NCBI RefSeq assembly: GCF_018350175.1
Contig: NC_058368.1
Coordinates: forward strand, 19,470,001-19,534,000
DNA length: 64,000 bases
Direction: 5' to 3'
Source: Felis catus
Lineage: Eukaryota
The notes beneath the pieces are model-generated. The model was not told the origin of the DNA. It saw nothing but the letters and a program-made list of their open reading frames with translations, and made no database searches. A program made the position numbers and the translations under genes. Positions 28,319-39,478 of the stretch are shown here, in pieces. How positions within the stretch are numbered: the stretch's first letter is position 1; the number at the start of each line of letters is the position of its first letter.

Positions 28319-28559
28319 GGGGCGCCTGGGTGGCTCAGTCGGTTAAACGGGTGGCTCAGTCGGTTAAGCGGCCGGCTCAGCTCAGGTCATGATCTCGCGG
28401 TCTGTGAGTTCGAGCCCCGCGTCGGGCTCTGTGCTGACAGCTCAGAGCCTGGAGCCTGTTTCAGATTCTGTGTCTCCCTCTCTCTGACCCTCCCCTGTTC
28501 ATGCTCTGTCTCTCCCTGTCTCAAAAATAAATGTTAAAAAAAAAAATTTAAAAAAAAAA
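28319..28559 (+). mobile_element. SINEC_Fc with tandemly duplicated 5' A-box segment
   Basis: gggtggctcagtcggttaa occurs twice (28328-28346, 28349-28367); TSD ggactaaaaaca. Confidence 0.92.
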
Positions 28560-28664
28560 GGACTAAAAACAAATTTATTAACCTAAACAAGACATGATCA
28601 GGAATGGCATCTGACCCTCAAAAATCACAACGCAGAACCCGAGCAGTACGTCTTCTGAATGATC

Positions 28665-28724
28665 AATGAACATTTAATTAGTTAAAATGAACATTTAACT
28701 AGTAATGAACATTTAATTAGTTAA
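28665..28724. repeat. Three-copy short tandem repeat aatgaacatttaa(t/c)tagt(taa)
   Basis: Copies start at 28665, 28686 and 28704. Confidence 0.9.
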
Positions 28725-29482
28725 AAGTTTGATGAGGTAGCAAATCATTTTTATTCTTTCATTTCGCCTCAAATAGAACAATTTCTGGGGTGAGAGGAAC
28801 TTAGATCTCTCCATTTCTATTACAAGTTCTGCATCTGATCTGTTTCTATGACCCTAGAACACTGCCTTTCCTTATGTGCCTCTAAATGAGTTGCCATAAA
28901 TGCTCTGAAAACCTACTTCTACTCCATACTCACTCCCCCACTGACTGCTAAAAGGCTCTTACTGCCAGGCTGGCTGAAGCTCTGCAAAGGCAAGGAAGGA
29001 CCCAGGCTTGTTTACCACTGGATGCCAACGCCTAGCATAATGCCTGGGCCAGAGAAGGCATCCGTGTTTGTTGACTGCATACAAAATTCTTTACCTCTTC
29101 AGACGTCTCTTAGATGATGTTAAAATAATTTTTCAAAGTGTGTTTTTCTGTTAGCGTTGGGCAATATAGTTGGTATCTAGCTTCATATTTTTTATATCCT
29201 GCCTACCCTTTATAAAGGATCCGGGGAGCTTGTAACACATAAAAACACTAAAATACTAAAACTTAAATAATGAAAACGCAGGGCCGGGGAGTTCAAGTAT
29301 TTGGTGGGGAGCAGTGACAGGTGGGGGACATAGATATACAGACTCTAAGTTTGTACATGGTAGTGAAAAGCAGATTGGGCTCTGAAGGGCTTAACGATCC
29401 AAGCATGTATGGGGATATTTTGTGTACTTGCATAGTTTTCATTGTCCATAAGTAGAAGACATAAATTCTTCAGAGAAATAAC

Positions 29483-29696
29483 TTTTTTTCTTAATTTTTA
29501 AAGTTTATTTATTTATTTTGAGAGAGAGAGACAGAGAGTAAGTGGGAGGGGCAGAGAGGGAGAGAGAGAATCCCAAGCACAGAGAGAAAATCTGACAGTG
29601 CAGCCTGACATAGGGCTGGAACTTACGAACCATGAGATCATGACCTGAGCCAAAACAAGAGTTGGATGCTTAACCGACTGAGCCACCCAGGAGCCC
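29483..29696 (-). mobile_element. CanSINE
   Basis: SINEC antisense body. Confidence 0.88.
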
Positions 29697-29873
29697 TGGC
29701 AGAAATAAATATCTTACTTATATTTAGTTTGGAAACAAACTTCTCATGTGGGATTTCCTATTGTGAATAAGTGCACTGTTTGAAGACGTATTTGACTTAT
29801 TAGAATGATTGATCTCAGGATATCTTTAAACTCTTAAAAATTCCTGAAGACCCCATACAGCTTTTATTTCTAT

Positions 29874-30083
29874 CAGGATTTCCCAACCTCGGCACTGCTG
29901 ACATTTTAGGCCACAATAATTCTTTGTCTGCAGGGACTGTCTTATGCATTATAGGATGTTTAGCTGCATTCCTGGTCTCAACCCACTGGATGCCTACAGT
30001 ACCCTTCCAATCATGACCATAAGAATTATTTCGACATTGCTAAATGTCCTGCAGAAGTTAAAATCAGCCCTTGTTGAGAAATA
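29874..30083 (-). mobile_element. MER20 (hAT-Charlie MITE)
   Basis: Reverse complement of MER20: 'caacctcggcactgctgacatttt...gatgtttagc...gacattgctaaatgtcc...gttgagaa'. Confidence 0.85.
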
Positions 30084-31072
30084 CTCATTTACATGGATTA
30101 TATCTACCAATATTTAGCATATCAGAAATGAAACTGAGGAATTTAATGAATTATTCTGACAATGACAAATCCATTACAAGTTAATATAAAACACATTTTT
30201 ATTAAAAAAGCCCTTTTTTCCAAACAAACAAAAAAGAAACTCAGTAAGAAGGGTATTACTGTTTTAGATATTTGCAGATCTCTTTAATGTCTGGCTTAAC
30301 AAAAGACAGTGGCTTTTAATATCTGCTTCTGCATTCAATCTTAGTGATAGTTGTTTTACTTGAAGTATATGAAGGAAATCTAAGCTCACTCAGATATGTA
30401 GTAGGAAAAGGGAGTGTGTTTAAATACCCTTTTCAGATGGTTACAGCATTTTTCTGTGATGTTATACCAAATTAGACAAGTAGTAATTTCTTAATTGTCA
30501 GCTGCAACATGGAGTTTGAAAGCCAACCAATGTCCTTTTCATACTCTGTTATACTGAAATCTTGTACTTTAAGTGGATCTTTTACCTATACATGATTTTG
30601 TAATGTCATGACTTGATTATTTGGAAAATATTGGTTCATGACTCATGTAGACTTTCCAAATGTGGGCACATTTTTTCATTGTATAGTATCTCCAAATCAC
30701 ATTTGTTAATATCACTACCCATCTCTTCAGGAAAATCTTTTAATTATTGGAAAGTGGTCAAGCTTTGAATGGCAGATACAGGTTCTCCAAATTCTAATTT
30801 TCACTTGAGAGTTCAAACTTTATTATTAGCAATAAATTCTGTCACTTGTTTTCTTTGAACTGACAGGGTCATTTCATTCATTTTCAAAGCCAAGTCAGAA
30901 GAACCATACTTTGTCAGTCATTCTTTCAAGTAGAAACCACGTCCCATAAAAAAGTGTCTAATTCAGCTTTCAACTTAGCAATCATGCAAGAAGTTTTCCT
31001 TGAGATAAGCATACTTCAGTATGAAGACATTATATATATTAAAAAGATACGCATTCAACTCAAGGTTAATTC

Positions 31073-31302
31073 TTTTTTTTTTTTTTTTAATTTTTTTTTC
31101 AACGTTTATTTATTTTTGGGACAGAGAGAGACAGAGCATGAATGGGGGAGGGGCAGAGAGAGAGGGAGACACAGAATCGGAAACAGGCTCCAGGCTCTGA
31201 GCCATCAGCCCAGAGCCCGACGCGGGGCTCGAACTCACGGACCGCGAGATCGTGACCTGGCTGAAGTCGGACGCTTAACCGACTGTGCCACCCAGGCACC
31301 CC
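31073..31302 (-). mobile_element. Young SINEC_Fc
   Basis: Near-consensus sequence; TSD tcaaggttaattctt. Confidence 0.95.
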
Positions 31303-32008
31303 TCAAGGTTAATTCTTAACAAAATTAATTTTTACTGTTTCATCAAGGACATTCTTAGTAAAACTGGCTTTAGCAAGTGCACGGTGGTGAAAAACACAAG
31401 ACTTCTCATATACTTTGATTTCATTGCCTCAATTTGTAGTAAGTAGCAGTTTTATCCACTATTACTTTTGCACCATTGGTGCAAATGTAAACATAATGAG
31501 AAAGCAAATGTTAGCATAAATTATTATAAAAATAGTTTTGATCTTGAAGAACTATTAAAAGAGTCTTGAGGACCTGTCAAGGTCTATGGACCATGCTTTG
31601 AGAACTACTGACTTAAAGGATGAACAGGGTTTGACATAAGTGGTAAGATTTGTCAATTATTTAATGTTTGGAATATATCTGTTCATAAAAAGAATATTAT
31701 ACAGCTTTCCCAGGAAAAGTTAAAAGCCCATTTAATTTAAAATGAGGCTGATCCATAGAATCCAAGGATTTTTATGGCATTTCCTTCTAATGACTTAAGT
31801 GGGAAGATTCATGTGATAGGATTTTCAAACTGAACTATTTAACTTAAAATCAGAAAAAATAAATCCTACTAATAACTAAAGTTGAGCCAGTCCTTTATTG
31901 AGTCTCTTAGTTTCAAAGATACAGACTATATAAATTTATTAAACATCCTACAGTACTTGCACATCAAAACTATCCATTTTAGAATTTGTTTAAATCTAAC
32001 TAAAAATA

Positions 32009-32200
32009 GGGGCGCCTGGTGGCTCAGTCCAGTTAAGCATCCAAATTTTGGCTCAGGTCATGATCTCACAGTTTGTGGGTTCAAGCCCTGCATTGGGCTC
32101 TGTGCTGACAACTCAGAGCCTGGAGCCTGCTTCAGATTCTGTGCTTCCCTCGCTCTCTGCCCTTCCCCAACTCGTGCTCTCTCTCACTCTCAAAAATAAA
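32009..32200 (+). mobile_element. CanSINE
   Basis: SINEC head and body. Confidence 0.88.
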
Positions 32201-32470
32201 CATTCAACTATACAGTATATACATACACACACACACGTATATAAACTAAAAATATGTGCCATTAAATAATGTTTACCACAGAAACCCAAGGCTTTAAAAG
32301 ATAACTAATCAACAGTGACTCATTCATTCGACAAACATTTATTTAGCCATTGTGATGCGCAAAGCACTGAGTCAGGGATATTTCAAATGTCGGGGAAGAA
32401 TATGAAGCCTCTGAAAATAGACTTTCCTGTTCAAAATGTTTTAAATAATCATTATAGAAATTGGAGTAGA

Positions 32471-32700
32471 GGGGCGCCTGGGTGGCGCAGTCGGTTAAGC
32501 GTCCGACTTCAGCCAGGTCACGATCTCGCGGTCCGGGAGTTCGAGCCCCGCGTCGGGCTCTGGGCTGATGGCTCGGAGCCTGGAGCCTGTTTCCGATTCT
32601 GTGTCTCCCTCTCTCTCTGCCCCTCCCCCGTTCATGCTCTGTCTCTCGCTGTCCCAAAAATAAATAAACGTTGAAAAAAAAAATATTAAAAAAAAAAAAA
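32471..32700 (+). mobile_element. Young SINEC_Fc
   Basis: Near-consensus ggggcgcctgggtggcgcagtcggttaagcgtccgacttcagccaggtcacg...; long A-tail. Confidence 0.95.
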
Positions 32701-33145
32701 GAAATTGTAGAGGGGACAAAAATGAAGAAACAATACCTGAATTTTGGAGAGAATATGTATACACTGGAGGATGCTATCATGTTAATTACAAATTTCAACC
32801 TGAACAAAAATAGGTAGGTGTTAAAAGAACTGTGTAGATGGAATATAATAGGTCTTTTTTTTTTTTAAATAAATTTAGGGCAAGTCAGGTAAAAAACAGT
32901 AGTATTACAACAATAAAAGTAGGGGGAAAAAAGTCTGGGTTTTTTTTCACCAAAATGTTAACAGTAGTTATCTCCAGATGGTAGCACGCCTGGCCAGTTT
33001 TCTTTTTTGCTCCTCTATTTCCTAACTCTTCTGTAAGAAACAATGTATTACCTATGTAATACAATTTTGTATTACTCCTACATCAACCGGAAATAAAGAT
33101 CAATGGATGATCATGAAGCAGATGATTCAACATAAACTTTTTATT

Positions 33146-33599
33146 TGTGAAAATAAAGAGAAATCTCACTAAAATGGAGTCAGGAGGCCAGAAGGGGGAA
33201 CGCAGAGGAGCCCTATCACTCAAATGTCAATTTCAGGAAGAACTGTCAATTACAGCATCCCACAGTAGAATCCTAAACACGATGGAATGGTCACTAACAG
33301 GCCCCAACAGGGAGAGATGTACGTCGCATTTCCTACAACTCCTGCAACTCAGCCAATGAGAAACCCTCACTACTCTTGCTTTTCTCCAGCGGACTTTACT
33401 TCAATCCCCCCACCCCTTCAACTTCCTCCTTCTCCATAAAACAACGGTCCTCTCGTTGGTAGAACTTGCCAGGTATGGTTTTGTCATAGCTTGTATATCC
33501 AGAAATGCAATTCTCTGCTACTCCCGAAAAAAACAAACAAACAAAACCAACCAAACCATTTTTGCTGGTAAGATAGCTGTTTTATTTTTAAGGTTAACA
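33146..33599 (+). mobile_element. Solo ERV LTR (ERV1/MER34-like) in ALG11 intron 1
   Basis: TGTGA...TTAACA ends with near-TSD tatt/tatg; internal CAGCCAAT, TATA-like ccataaaa and 'gaaatgcaattctctgctactccc' R-region-like sequence. Confidence 0.65.
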
Positions 33600-34042
33600 T
33601 ATGTAAGTGACATATGTTAACAGCGACCATTTTGGTGAGTGAAAGAGGGGAAACTAAGACGTGACAAGAGCCAGTTTATTCTTTACCAAGAAGAGACACG
33701 ACAGTTTGGAAAATGATCCATGGCTCAATTATAAAGGAAAACGAGAAATGAATATGGATAATTTATAACAGAATAGTTGGAGTGCGAACAAAAAAGAAAA
33801 AGGAAGGGAAACTGCACCCTTCAGCCAGAAGTGGGGCAGGCGAAGAAAACGCGGTTAACTGAGTCTTTAACCCAGTCAGCTTCAGTCTAATTAAAAGACT
33901 CCGAAGTGAGAACAGCGCTATCCTTGAGGCCTAGATTCGTGACTAGAAGATCCCCCTTCCCCGCAAACTTCAGTTGCCCTGGGCGGACAAGAACCACCGC
34001 GAAACAGAAAACGCCTGCGAGCCCACACCACCAGCTCCTCAC

Positions 34043-34086
34043 CTCAGTAACTCGCACAAGCACCAACCCACTTTGGTGGTCGCCAT
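34043..34086 (-). CDS. ALG11: ALG11 exon 1 coding part
   Basis: AAG ATG GCG Kozak context; encodes MATTKVGWCLCELL(R); donor AG|GTGAG; 44 nt. The four exons total 1479 nt = 492 aa + stop. Confidence 0.95.
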
Positions 34087-35071
34087 CTTCCCTCGACCCC
34101 CGAACTCAGGAAGCGCTTCGCTGTTCCTCTTCTCTATTGGCTCCAGAGGAAGCGGGCGGTGTTCTCTCCGCCCCCATGGGGCAGATTTCGCGTTTCAATT
34201 GGCTGCTGGTAGTAGCTTCCCACGGCCTTCCAGTCAATAGAATCTCCCGGGGAGGAGACAAGTTTTCGGCGTGGCGCACAAGGGTCCCGCCCCCCCAGCG
34301 GGCGGGGCCGTAGTGGGAGTAGGGCTGGAGAGGGCGTGGCCTGTGATAGACAGCCGGGCACCCGCCCTCGGCCCCCTCCCCCACTGGAAGCCCCCAGCCC
34401 GGGGCCCGCCGGCCGTTGAGACCAATGGGAGGCCCTTGCGCATCTAGGATCGATTTCCCAGGTGCGGAGTTCACTCCCGCGGCAGCTGCGGCATTTGGGA
34501 CCCGCGACGCCCCGGAGCGAAGCGCGGAGCTGAGAGGCAGCTGTGCGGAGCGGACCCGAAGAAGGTGCCCGCCACGCCGCACCTCTCCGCCGGCGGTTGG
34601 CGAGCCCTGGGATCTGCATCTCCGGCTCGGCTCTGCGCCGCTCGCCCGCCCTCTTGTCCTTCACACGCCGGGGGCCTAAGACCGAGTCCGCAGCGTACCG
34701 GCCCGAGGTAGCGGAGACTTGGGAGGGAGGACCGGTCCCCGCCAGGGGCACGGGCAGGGCCGCCTCCGGGTGTGAATGAGGGTCCGAGGCCAACCCTCCG
34801 CCCTTGAGCTTATCCCCGCCCCCCCCCACCCCCCCAAGGGCCAGGGCGCCAGGGCGCGCGACTTTGAATTAGCCGGTGGGGCGAGGGCTGCTGATCCCCT
34901 GGTCTGAAATGCAGGAGACCTTTTCCAGACCCTTCCCCGGGTGAGAGAGCCGAACCGCAGAGATGCCACCCACAGCCCGCTCCCGGGGTTTTAACACCGC
35001 ACTTCTCCACTAACCAGGTGACCTGTGGGCTCTGGGCGGATCACAGAAGAAATTGGTTCCTCCGGAGGAGG

Positions 35072-35122
35072 ATGCTTGAGCAGGAGAGGCAGCTTACTGC
35101 TAGAGTAGGGGCCGGTTGGAAA
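35072..35122 (+). CDS. ATP7B: ATP7B canonical first coding exon (copper-transporting P1B-type ATPase, Wilson disease protein); exon 2 onward lies outside the window
   Basis: Encodes MLEQERQLTARVGAGWK, then consensus donor AAA|GTAAGT (51 nt, phase 0). Compare human MPEQERQITAREGASRK; head-to-head with ALG11 as known. Confidence 0.93.
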
Positions 35123-35695
35123 GTAAGTTTCCCTACCCGAGCGCCGCGTGCTCACACCTACCTGGAGGACTTTCCACGCCCACCTGCCTGCCTTTCTCTG
35201 CGGCCGGCCTGGCTTGCTCGAGGAAGGCAGGGGGCTAGAGCCCTAGCTCCAGGAGAGCAACCTTAGAAATGCTATGCCTTTCACGGGTTTGCAGGAACAA
35301 TTTAAAACCCGGCACTTTCCCACTCCTCTTTATGCCTGACGCTGGATTTGTAAAGTGAGCGTTGAGTTGCTGTGTAAGAGCCCTAATTGCCCAGGACGAG
35401 TAAATTAGTTACCCAGCGAAGTTATGAAGAGTGCGCTGGTCTCTTTTTATCCAGGTCCTGCAACTTTTTTTTTAAAGAACTGTTTTGAATTCATTTTAAT
35501 TATACAAGTAACGCATTAATGTGGTGACTTAAAAATGGAAACAGCACAGAAATATTGAGCATGAAAAGCAGATCTGCTTCCTAATCCTTTTCTGTACATT
35601 TACATATGTCATCCTTTGTTCTGCAAACATTTATTGAACACTTACTGCATGTTTCAGGCATGGTACTGAAGAGCTGAAAATACAGTGGTTAAAAA

Positions 35696-35696
<1 letters not shown>

Positions 35697-35738
<42 letters not shown>
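35697..35738. repeat. (TG)21 microsatellite
   Basis: Perfect dinucleotide run. Confidence 0.97.
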
Positions 35739-35739
<1 letters not shown>

Positions 35740-36621
35740 ATCTCCAGATAAATCTTTAGGTTTTGTATGTATGTGGTTTTAAAATTTTTGTTTGTTTGTT
35801 GTAAATGAGATCACATAGTGTGTATTCTCCAACCTTTCTTTTCTCCCCCTCCCCCCCCCCCATAGAACTGTCTTTTGGAGATTGTTTCATATCAGTACAT
35901 AAACATCTATCTTGTTGTTCAGTTTAACCTCTATACAGTATAGATGCATACCATAGTAAGTTTTATTTTTTCCCTGTGGGTGGACATTCTGTGTATTTCT
36001 AACTTTTTTTCCTCCCTTCACAAGTCATGCTGTAGAGGACATCCTTATACATGATTTTTAATGCTGACTCTTGAGTATTTCTTTAGGATGGACATGTAGG
36101 CCTGAATTGCTGGTCTACAGATTTCTAAAGTGAACTCAACAACATTATTTTGCGCCCTTTTGTAGTGAAATTTGTCTTAGGCTCTGGTGGTACAGAAATG
36201 AAAGGTAAGTGGATTAATGGATGGGTAGACAGAGGCTGGTCAATAGATGCCTCTAAGTGTGATGGCTCTGCATTTAATGGAGGTGCAAAGAACACATGGG
36301 GGAGGGTGGCTCAGACAGGGGCACACTTCTAACTCCCTACGGTGCCCCCACCTCTCTACCCGTCAGAACAATCCTTGTCATTCCAGATCAAGCTCAAGGT
36401 GCTTCCTCCTTGAAACTTTGGTGACTGCTTCTCCCTGTGTTGACCTCAGCCTCTTCTGGATTTCTTAGAGAATAGTATTAGCTGATGTTACTGAGCCTAC
36501 TACCTGCTTGGCACTGTACTAAGCACTTTATATTCTTTTATGTGCACTGTCTTATTTAATCCTCACAAAACCCTTTGATCTAGGTATTATTTTTTTGTTA
36601 TCGCCACTTATTTAACAGTTG

Positions 36622-36795
36622 TTTTTTTTCTTTTTGAGGGGGGTGCATGAGTGAGTGAGGGGGTGAGAGAGAGAATCCCACATAGGCCCCACACTGTCAG
36701 CGCTTCACCCAAAGCGGGGCTCGAACTCATGAACAGTAGGATCATGACCTGAACCAAAGTCAGATGCTTAACTGACTAAACCACCCAGGTGCCCC
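36622..36795 (-). mobile_element. CanSINE
   Basis: Antisense SINEC ending ccacccaggtgcccc. Confidence 0.85.
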
Positions 36796-37521
36796 TAACA
36801 ATTTTTTTTTTTTTTTTTAGTATTTACTCTGTGCCAGCCATTCTAGGCACTGGGGATCCAATTAAGACTAAGACCCTGCCCTCAAGGAATTTATGTCCCA
36901 GTGGGAGATGCAGAAATAAAAAAGGGTAGACAAATAGTGTGATTTTTGGCACTGGTAAGTGTTGTGGAGTAAATAAATCCGAGTATGGGCATTAGGCAGG
37001 ACATGGGAGGGGAGATACTATCTAGGGCAGGTCGTCAGGAAATTATCTCTGAGGAGGTTGTATGAGTAGAGACCTGAATGGTTCAGATTTGGGAGAAGCG
37101 TTCTAGGTTGAGGAACCAGAAGGTGTCAATGTCCTAAGTCCAGAGTGAGCCGAACAGGGGAGGAACAGTAAAAGAGAGCTAGAGTGGCTGGAACAGAGAG
37201 AAGGAGAGGAAGTAGTACAATACGAGGTCAGAATTCATCCTCTTTACAGGTGGAGGGACTGAGGCAGAGAGAGGTGAAGTCACTTACTCAAGGTCCTACA
37301 GATAATAAGAGCTAGTAACAGGGAGACCTGGAATTGAGTCCTCGCCAGGCTGCTTTGACTTTCTTGGGTATATATTTTCTTTCAAACTTCCTTGACACCT
37401 GGTCATATGGTATGATTATTTAAACTTATCTGAATATAGCTTTTTTTTTTTTTTTTTTGGATCAACTGTGTGTTTCTTGAAAGCAGGGACCAGGTTTGTA
37501 TCTCTTAAAAAACATTCTCCA

Positions 37522-37704
37522 GGGGTGCCTGAGTGGCTCAGTCGGTTGAGTGTACGATTCTTGATTTCAGCCCAGGTCATGGTCCCAGGGATGGAGCCCT
37601 GTGTTGGGCTCCTTGCTCACTGTGGAGCCTGCTCAAGATTCCCTCTCTCTTACTCTGCTCCTCTCCCCTACTTACCTGTTCTCTCTATCTCAAGAGAAAA
37701 AAAA
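37522..37704 (+). mobile_element. CanSINE
   Basis: ggggtgcctgagtggctcagtcgg head; TSD about aaaattctcca. Confidence 0.85.
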
Positions 37705-38596
37705 TTCTCCATAGCTATTAGAATAGGTGCACCAGAGTTGTTCTTGAATGAATGAGTTATAGCAAGATTTTTCCCTACCCCCACCCCCAACGCATTGTTT
37801 TCTCTTCGGAGGCCTGTCTGGGGCAGCAGTGACCCTGAAAGGGAGGTGGTCCATGAGCTGGGTCATTCAGCCTTCACTCTACAAACATGGAATGCCTTCT
37901 GTTTCTCTGACGCTGGGCCAAAGCAGAATAGAAGTGCAGTAGTGGCACAAAGATGAATAGAGGTCAGCCCCTGTACTCTTGGGGTGACAGTCATAGGTGC
38001 CAGACCAAAGACGTCTGTATACAGCATAACACGTACAGGCAAGAGCGAGTGGCCTTCCCTGGGAGGAAGGGATGCAAAAAGGACTTCAAGAAGAGGTATT
38101 TCATGACTGAGGTTTTGAAGGAGAAATGTGTCAGCTGGGCACACAGAAGAATGAGAAGAAGGATGTCGCACGTAGAGTCCGGCATGTGCAAAGGTGCAGA
38201 GGCTAGAAGCGGAAAGACGGATTTGCCCTGTGGCTTGACAGCCTGGAAAGTGGTTGTGGAAGGCTCTGTTTCTCAGGCCTTTGGACTTTATCCCACAGAC
38301 GGGGGAGTTTGCACAGGGGGAAATGGTGTATGGTGCTCTTTGGAAGTAAAGGGCGAACTGGGAACAGAGGTGCTGGAGACCTGATTAGAGGCCTTTGCTG
38401 GGGTCATCCCATCCAGATCCAAGGTGGCCAAAGCCCTACAGAACTGGGAGTCCCGTTCCCAGTGTCATGTCAGGAGACAGTGGAGGTTTTCTGCACTCTT
38501 CAGTGTCCAGAGCATCAGAGGCAATGGTAGTCCTTCTAGCAACAACACAGAGAATAGTTGGTACAGGACTAACTGGGAGTAAACTGCGGTGGGGGA

Positions 38597-38764
38597 GGGG
38601 TGCCGGGGTGGTTCAATCAGTTAAGCATCCAACCCTTGATTGTGGCTCGGGTTATGATCCCAGGGTCGTGAGATCGAGCCCCACGTCAGGCTCTGCGCTG
38701 ATAGTGTGGACCCTGCTTGAGATTCTCTTTCAAAACAAGGAAATAAACACTAAAAAAAAAAAAA
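38597..38764 (+). mobile_element. CanSINE (short)
   Basis: SINEC head and A-tail. Confidence 0.8.
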
Positions 38765-39421
38765 GCTGGCGGGGAGGAAAGAGAATTGGATTTTAAGTGC
38801 TTCTTTATCTGACATTTTCATTGCAAGGATGGAGATGACCCAAGTCCATTACTGTCCACTGATGCCATAGCACAGGTAGCAGAATGTGTCCATGTTCAAG
38901 CGTGTGCAATATTATTTTATCAGTAGGATTAGAAATCCTTACCCAGTGAAATTCTCGAATGTCTGACTTTTTTTTTTTTTTAAACTAAGTTAAAGGAAAA
39001 AAATCTAAGCAGATCAAAGGTCGATGAGATAAAGTAGAGGGCAAAGCAGAGAGGGACTTTTCATTGTGATGTAACCAACATGGCAAATAAGATTTAAAAA
39101 CACCAGTGGTTTGAAACCTGTGGATTCAGAATGCAGCAATTCTGTTGAAGCCTCCGTTCCCACAGAAACTAAAAATTACTATTATAAAAGTAATTTAATT
39201 CTGTGACTGAAATTTGGAAAATAAAGACCAAAAGGGGAAAATTCACTTTTATTCTTTATTACTCTTAGGATGGCTGTTAGCATATTTGTAAACTTCCTTC
39301 ATTGCTTGCTTTCACTGCATCAAGTTGCTAATTTTTAGAAATAAATACAATCTTGTTTCTGAAAGATAACCAATATTAACGTCTCAGGCCTATTTCAGTC
39401 CAGTGAGCTCAGTCAGTCTTT

Positions 39422-39423
<2 letters not shown>

Positions 39424-39476
<53 letters not shown>
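39424..39476. repeat. (TG)~26 microsatellite
   Basis: Perfect dinucleotide run. Confidence 0.97.

Positions 39477-39478
<2 letters not shown>

Larger units (their letters stand above)
29812..31610 (-). mobile_element. hAT-Charlie1-type DNA transposon remnant, interrupted by MER20 and a SINE
   Basis: Terminus '...ggaccatgctttgagaactactg' (rc CAGTAGTTCTCAAAG) and internal 'tctttaatgtctggcttaa...atctgcttctgcattcaatc' typical of Charlie1. Confidence 0.75.
33950..35250. promoter_or_regulatory. CpG island / bidirectional (head-to-head) promoter of ALG11 and ATP7B
   Basis: Very GC- and CpG-rich; 985 nt between the divergent ATGs. Several GC boxes (GGGCGG/CCGCCC, about 34153-34310 and 34797-34820), CCAAT boxes (ATTGG about 34136 and 34198, CCAAT about 34422), ETS-like GGAAG sites, and YY1 CGCCATCTT at 34081-34089. 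Confidence 0.92.

Noticed and set aside
28665..28724. CRISPR-like or prokaryotic repeat system
   Set aside because: Mammalian DNA; the repeats are directly adjacent with no spacers, and there are no cas genes.
33906..35010. Long overlapping ORFs (135-231 aa) in the CpG island
   Set aside because: Pro/Arg/Gly/Ala-rich products expected from stop-poor GC-rich DNA; no recognisable domain; the region is the bidirectional promoter.
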